Part shown: positions 36,801-40,890 of the stretch, one piece after another
Layout of the letters: each line of letters begins with the position of its first letter
Numbering within the stretch: the stretch's first letter is position 1
Made by a program: the position numbers and the translations under genes
Notes under the pieces: generated by a model
Seen by the model: the letters and a program-made list of their open reading frames with translations, nothing else
Told to the model about the DNA's origin: nothing
Databases searched by the model: none
Source: Deltaproteobacteria bacterium
Lineage (GTDB): Bacteria > Desulfobacterota > DSM-4660 > Desulfatiglandales > HGW-15
Length of the DNA stretch: 40,890 bases
Direction: 5' to 3'
Assembly (NCBI GenBank): GCA_019307805.1
Contig: JAFDIX010000001.1
Coordinates: forward strand, 1 to 40,890

Positions 36801-37167
36801 GCAAAAGGTCCTCAGTGGTTCGAAAGAGACAAATCAAGAGAGGCTCATTGAATGTTATGAAGCAAACAATCTCAAGATTTGTGATGGACGTAATGCAAGA
36901 CATCTGGGAGAGATATTTTTGCATAACGAAGAACCCCGATTGGACACTGCTGAGGACTGGATCGAGAAAGCCATCGAAGCGGACAAAAAGAACGGTGCAA
37001 GATGGCTCCTGGCCAGAGATTATGCTCTCTACGCTGAACTCTTCAAAAGAAAAGGAGATGCATCAGGAGCCAGGGAAAGTATGAAAAAAGCAATAGAAAT
37101 TTACGGGGAATGCGGAGCTGACGGGTGGATGGAAAAAACGGAAAATGAATTGGAAAAGTATCAGTAA
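33886..37167 (+). CDS. Multidomain signalling protein: double zinc ribbon + class III adenylate/guanylate cyclase + STAND/AAA_16 NTPase + TPR repeats
   Basis: Zinc ribbons: CPKCNTEN..CRECG and CTNCGG..CGECG. Cyclase: VTVLFSDLSGYT, FLGDAVMVLFG and GDPVNLASRL. NTPase: LVGRGRELSLL, Walker A SEAGVGKS (34771-34791) and LVMAIEDLHWMD (35139-35174). The C-terminal ~400 aa are TPR-like. The ATG at 33886 places the first zinc ribbon at the N-terminus. Confidence 0.9.
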   Translation: MKCPKCNTENSENKKFCRECGSGLPLLCTNCGGGILAKDKFCGECGQELTGDDVHKKGVSRIEKERKNVTVLFSDLSGYTAMTERLDPEEVNDIMSRIFGEIAQVIAKYEGFIERFLGDAVMVLFGVPKAHEDDPVRAIRAAKEIHTVVAALSPQFEEKIGRSLAMHTGINTGLVVTDEVNPQRGTHGITGDPVNLASRLVDLAQAGEILIGERTFKQAEGYFIYESLEPRRVKGKVGLVHIYRVRETSTRRTRFDVSAEGGLTPLVGRGRELSLLLEAFHRTREGEGQAFSIVSEAGVGKSRLLYEFRKAIAKENRTFLEGKCLSYGKGAAYHPIIDMLKDNFNVREGDKDSGIRRKVEKRLKTLAADEASILPYILELLSVKNSGMEKISVTPEARKDHIIKALSEIAVRGSKIRPLVMAIEDLHWMDESSQDALKELLEALSRARILLIFTYRPEFLPSWDLTSYHQQVSLNRFPRHESIEMASHLLGGAGLDRNLADFILEKTEGIPLFIEEFIKSFRDLGIIEGTDQYYLTKDVRELFIPSTIQDVIMARVDTMPKRTKEVLQIGSAIEKEFSHELIARATDIPERELRSRLSALKDSELIYERGIYPHSTYVFKHALTRQVVYDSILRKKKKRLHEKIGHAIMDLHGDNLGDFNGVLAEHFIASGNCEKGAEYSKLAGKGAQRECSYSDAIEYCRKGISCLEKLPLTEKVQRKMIDARTTLAGYYNTLALYPEAYEAIVSIADMAEKLNYKKSFPKIYNTIGLYSLWVEEDHPKGYQYLNRVLEFPSDPGNYFFVWMANYHMGWHLSWDCEFEKGLVHFNNCIKMSAEIMDPVGLCWAKGTMSAMNLALQGRIDQAYTISNEALLLSEGCDDIFAQINTFTSQGLSYYLKGLFNEAETHLLMGEGMCERSRQLSWWAWTSGFLGDLYSDMGACKKAEEYYRKAIDIMRRAQLIPSWVNTWEISIAKQKVLSGSKETNQERLIECYEANNLKICDGRNARHLGEIFLHNEEPRLDTAEDWIEKAIEADKKNGARWLLARDYALYAELFKRKGDASGARESMKKAIEIYGECGADGWMEKTENELEKYQ

Positions 37168-38123
37168 AAAATAGTCACAGAGCGATGATAGGGTTTTGCC
37201 CTGAAACGCTCCTCCTGACCCAGGTTCCAGAGGATCCAGTCAATTTCGAAGGCTCTCAAATTGTTTCCCAAATCCCTCAGTTCCCGCCGAATCAATTCAA
37301 CGGCCCAAAGGGTATTGGCTCTGATTTCAACCTCCTCCGGGCTTCCGGGTTCAAGGAGAACCCCCCTGTCTACTCTTTCAGAGAGGTCCCCGGTATAGCG
37401 TAACACCCCGATATGGCGCAGCACCTGGGGAAGCTTGTAGTCCGCAAAGGCGGTCAGGGCATCCATATCAGTAAACCTGCCCCAACCCCTGCCACCAAAG
37501 GCCCCATAGAGATCCGCTGCCAATATCTGTGCCCGCTTATAGAAGAAAACAGGGGTGCCCTTGTATTGGGCGACATCCCTGAAGGAAGCAAACCTTCTGG
37601 CCACCAATCGGGCCAATTCAACTGCAGAACCATGGGCAGCTTCAACCAGTTGATAGGCCTCCCCTTCATAGTGTGTGAGCAGGACACGGCCCACCTCTCT
37701 AAGGTTTTCCAGCCGCTGTTCCAGAAGCTGCAGGTCTCCCTTTTGGCCCAGAATGCGGGTCAATGTATCAAGAGAGAGATCGGCCCAATACTGGGCACTT
37801 GTTATGGGGGTCCCGGACTGGGCAGCCCGTTTGAGTGCAGCGGCAAGGGCGTAATACCCGGAGAGGCTTTCTGCCCTGTATTGGATTTCCCATTTAGCCT
37901 TCCCGGGGGCGGGCCAAAAGCAGAAGTTGATGCTGTCCAGCACCAGAAGATAGGCCAGGGTCTCCTGCCGGGTACCGGAAAAGTGGTATTGGTCCTCCCA
38001 TGGGGGTATTTCTGTGTCCCGGGAAACGAGGTCATGGCTGAAACGGTTTAAGGCAACCTTATCAATGGAGACCCACTGGCTCCCCTTCGCAACCCTCTTT
38101 ACTGACTCCAATACCTCAAACAT
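37161..38123 (-). CDS. DUF2419 / Qng1-like queuosine salvage protein
   Basis: LAYLLVLDSINFCFWP, FYKRAQILAADL, LTAFADYKLPQVLR and EEVEIRA resemble the queuosine-salvage DUF2419 family as I recall it. I prefer Met25 of the listed ORF (ATG at 38123). The gene overlaps the cyclase gene convergently by 7 nt. Confidence 0.7.
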   Translation of the reverse strand: MFEVLESVKRVAKGSQWVSIDKVALNRFSHDLVSRDTEIPPWEDQYHFSGTRQETLAYLLVLDSINFCFWPAPGKAKWEIQYRAESLSGYYALAAALKRAAQSGTPITSAQYWADLSLDTLTRILGQKGDLQLLEQRLENLREVGRVLLTHYEGEAYQLVEAAHGSAVELARLVARRFASFRDVAQYKGTPVFFYKRAQILAADLYGAFGGRGWGRFTDMDALTAFADYKLPQVLRHIGVLRYTGDLSERVDRGVLLEPGSPEEVEIRANTLWAVELIRRELRDLGNNLRAFEIDWILWNLGQEERFRAKPYHRSVTIFY

Positions 38124-38275
38124 TTTTCGCGCCCGGATAATTCCAAAAATTCTCACATAAGCCGGTAGACCGTCTTCATACCACAGGCGGTGCACTTTAC
38201 CAATTGCATCATTCGGTTTTTCTGATACACTACAAAAACCGCGTCAGAGAGCCCGCCAACAAGGGGGGTGATCAG

Positions 38276-38478
38276 CCTTCGCCAAAGGCTACGGCCCGAC
38301 AATGATGGCGCGAAGTTCGTGGGAGATCGGGGGGCGTGCCCTGCGGTTTTTAGGTCACATAATATATTTCGTACTTTCGTGCTCTTGTCGCGGCAGCTTG
38401 TCTCGCCATAGCCTTGGCGAAGGTGGACCTGTCGCGGCGTAGCCGTAGGCGAAGACGGAAGCCTTTAGGCGACGCCGG
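38276..38478. repeat. Cluster of short REP-like repeats (CCTTCGCCAAGGCTAYGGC..GACAAG family) in both orientations
   Basis: Copy A (38276-38302, CCTTCGCCAAAGGCTACGGCCCGACAA) nearly matches the reverse complement of copy B1 (38397-38423, CTTGTCTCGCCATAGCCTTGGCGAAGG). Related partial copies lie at 38384-38394, 38428-38455 and 38460-38478. Confidence 0.6.
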
Positions 38479-38519
38479 ATTCGTGATTCATTTTTTAACT
38501 TTAGCTCACTTCACCCTCT

Positions 38520-40673
38520 ATGACCATTCGAAAAATCCTCATAATTGTTCCCCTTATAGTCATCCTTTTTCTTTTGCAGTCCTATATCTGGGTCCCCACC
38601 TATGAACAGCAGACAATGGGCAATCCGGGGCGCCTGGAAGAATATATCACGGCCTCTATCGGGGATGCCGCCATACTGAATCCGATCCTGTCTGCGGATG
38701 CGTCAAGCAGTAATATCGAGGCTATGGTTTTTGAGGGGCTCATTGACCGGGATGAGGACCTCAGATTCAGAGGGCGCCTGGCCACCTCCTGGGAGATCTA
38801 TGAGGAGGCCTATTTTTATGTCAATGAAAATGCCGCGGTTCCAGGAATAGGAAGGGCCGCAGGGGAGGAGATCGTCAGGCTGGTCAGGGAGGCCATGGAA
38901 GGACAGGGCTCCCTTCCCAAGGACGTTCAGAAGGCCTTGAAAAATATCAGGGAAATCGCTCTGCTGCCGCCACGATCCTTTTCCGTAAAAACACACAAGA
39001 GGACAGATCAGGGCCAAAGGACCGGAGAATTAGTGGAGTTTCAGGTCAAGGCGCCGTCACGTATAAAAATGGTCCTCTCCCGGGTGGATCAGGATCTCTT
39101 CCATAGCCTTCAGTTTATCCTGGGAAAGGATTATTTTACCTCTTTTGATGGCGCAGGACATATCAGCCCGGGGACGGGAAACGCGGCAGAAGGGGGCGAC
39201 CACGGGAAGAACATGGCCTTGTACGCCAGGGAAATTCTTCCGGCCGTTGAGCACAATCCCGTTATCCTCTTTCACCTTAGAAAGGGTGTCAAGTTTCACG
39301 ATGGTCACGAGTTTGATGCCAATGACGTGAAATTCACCTACGAGGCAATCATAAATCCCAAGAATCTCTCCCCCCGCATACCAGACTATGAACCCGTAAA
39401 ACAGGTGCAGGTGCTGGATCTCCATACCGTGCGTATTGTCTATAAACGGCTCTATTCACCTGCATTCGGCACATGGGGCATGGGGGTACTCCCGGAACAC
39501 CTTTTGAACGATAAGGCCCTGAGAAGGGAGGCACTGCGCCTTGGTGAGGATCCGGAAACGTTTTCCATGCGCCAGAGCGGGTTCAACCGTCGACCCATCG
39601 GGTGCGGTCCTTTTGTCTTCAGGGAATGGAAATCCGATCAATACATCACTCTGAGCCGCTTTGATGATTATTGGGAGGGGCCGCCCCATTATAAAAGATA
39701 TGTCTTTCGAATCATTCCGGATCTCTTGACACAGGAAATGGAATTTTATGCCGGCACTGTGGATGCCTATAATGTTCAACCCCACCAGGTTCAGCGATTA
39801 AAGAACGATCCCAAGTACCAGAGTTTCTCCGGGCTTTCCTTTGGGTATACCTATGTGGGCTACAATATGAGACGCGCGCCCTTTAATGACAGGCGGGTAC
39901 GAATGGCATTGAGCATGGCCATCGATGTAGACAAGTTCATCAAATATGTCCTCTATGGGCAGGGGGAGGATATTACCGGACCCTTTGTGAAACAGACGGA
40001 TTACTACGACCACAAGATCAAACCGATTCCCTATGACCCTGAAGGGGCCCTGAAGCTCCTTGAAGAAGCCGGATGGAGGCGTAACAGCCAGGGTTGGCTG
40101 GAAAAGGACGGAAAAAAACTCCAGTTTACCGTCATCACAAACAGCGGCAATCCTCTTCGGGAGGCCCTGCTGCCGATTATCCAGAACGCATGGAAAAAGA
40201 TCGGGGTTGATGTCAGCACGGATCGTATCGAATGGTCCGTATTCATCCAGGAACGTGTGGACAAGGCGGATTTTGATGCCCTGATCCTGGGCTGGCAGAT
40301 GGGTATTGACCCCGATCTCTACCAGATCTGGCATTCCAGCCAGACCCACCCCCATCAGCTCAATTTTGTCGGGTTTAAGAACGCTGAGGCGGATGACCTG
40401 ATCATCAAGATCAGGCAGGAATACGACCATGAGCAGCAGGTGAAATACTGCCACCGGCTTCATGAGATCATTGCACGGGAGCAGCCCTATACCTTTCTGT
40501 ATGTGGCCAAGTGGACGGCGGTCCTCGATAAGCGCATCGTCATCAGGGGTATTGATTCCAGTGGAGTGGTGGCCCATCGGAAGATCACCCCTACCAAGAC
40601 CGGAAATTTCAGGTTCTATTTCAACAAGTGGATAAAACTCCGGGAAGCCCCGGACTTTACCCCAGAGGGGTAA
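38520..40673 (+). CDS. ABC transporter substrate-binding protein, family 5 (peptide/nickel/opine type), membrane-anchored, with large insertion
   Basis: The N-terminal anchor is ILIIVPLIVILFLLQ. SBP_bac_5 strings are AAILNPILSADASSSNIEAMVFEGL, LRKGVKFHDGHEFDANDVKFTYE and YDPEGALKLLEEAGW. At 717 aa it is longer than the usual ~520-600 aa. Confidence 0.85.
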   Translation: MTIRKILIIVPLIVILFLLQSYIWVPTYEQQTMGNPGRLEEYITASIGDAAILNPILSADASSSNIEAMVFEGLIDRDEDLRFRGRLATSWEIYEEAYFYVNENAAVPGIGRAAGEEIVRLVREAMEGQGSLPKDVQKALKNIREIALLPPRSFSVKTHKRTDQGQRTGELVEFQVKAPSRIKMVLSRVDQDLFHSLQFILGKDYFTSFDGAGHISPGTGNAAEGGDHGKNMALYAREILPAVEHNPVILFHLRKGVKFHDGHEFDANDVKFTYEAIINPKNLSPRIPDYEPVKQVQVLDLHTVRIVYKRLYSPAFGTWGMGVLPEHLLNDKALRREALRLGEDPETFSMRQSGFNRRPIGCGPFVFREWKSDQYITLSRFDDYWEGPPHYKRYVFRIIPDLLTQEMEFYAGTVDAYNVQPHQVQRLKNDPKYQSFSGLSFGYTYVGYNMRRAPFNDRRVRMALSMAIDVDKFIKYVLYGQGEDITGPFVKQTDYYDHKIKPIPYDPEGALKLLEEAGWRRNSQGWLEKDGKKLQFTVITNSGNPLREALLPIIQNAWKKIGVDVSTDRIEWSVFIQERVDKADFDALILGWQMGIDPDLYQIWHSSQTHPHQLNFVGFKNAEADDLIIKIRQEYDHEQQVKYCHRLHEIIAREQPYTFLYVAKWTAVLDKRIVIRGIDSSGVVAHRKITPTKTGNFRFYFNKWIKLREAPDFTPEG

Positions 40674-40762
40674 AGCACAGAATGCGGAAGGCGCGAAAAC
40701 ACGAAAAAGGTAGGAATGAAGGTTAAGGACGACTTTGAGAGCGCAATGCCGGGAGAGTTTGA

Positions 40763-40885
40763 AAGAGAAGCGCAGATATCCATTTTGCACAACTCAGATC
40801 ATATCTCAAGGCTACAGGCTTGAAAGTTGGGCTACTATTGAATCTCGCAAAACCTACTTTGGAGATTAGACGGATCGTCAATTAA
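40763..40885 (+). pseudogene. 3' remnant of a GxxExxY-family (PD-(D/E)XK-like) gene
   Basis: Frame 2 reads ...ADIHFAQLRSYLKATGLKVGLLLNLAKPTLEIRRIVN*, matching the conserved C-terminus H.AQ...YLKATG...GLL.NF.......RIV of GxxExxY proteins. The frame closes with TGA at 40760-40762, and no intact N-terminal half is present. Confidence 0.5.
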
Positions 40886-40890
40886 ATATT

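Noticed and set aside
38276-38478. Possible CRISPR array.
   Set aside because: The repeats are imperfect, occur in both orientations, vary in length and have no regular repeat-spacer period. No cas genes are present.

Overview
This roughly 41-kb segment looks chromosomal and is densely packed with about 35 protein-coding genes, most on the + strand. Most are core housekeeping genes. They include a ClC channel (5'-partial), ppiD, the conserved yjbQ-phoH-7TM/HD hydrolase-ybeY-pdxJ-acpS-nnr-tsaE-lysC run, comEA, tsaD, rsmA, panC, and the methyl-cycle pair metK-ahcY. Gene content, anaerobe-type Mo/Fe-S enzymes and the intergenic repeat families suggest a Desulfobacterota/Syntrophia-like anaerobe, but that is inference only. 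I found no rRNA, tRNA, CRISPR array, integrase or transposase. The stretches that are not ordinary are listed here. (1) A 1093-aa single-gene fusion of zinc ribbons, a class III nucleotidyl cyclase, a STAND/AAA_16 NTPase and TPR repeats (33886-37167) is the best candidate for an undescribed signalling or defence-like module. (2) A low-GC two-gene cassette (excisionase-type HTH plus a 72-aa unknown) sits behind a strong sigma70-like promoter at 2598-3078. (3) A cytoplasmic, anchor-less molybdopterin oxidoreductase with a ferredoxin subunit has no obvious substrate (7128-9734). (4) An LsrF/DhnA-type class I aldolase and a long class II aldolase are adjacent. (5) A YhaM-like OB/HD gene is frameshifted at a G-run. 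(6) Several families of intergenic inverted or REP-like repeats occur, plus a GxxExxY gene remnant at the right edge. All functional calls come from motifs read by eye in the supplied translations. No database search was run.
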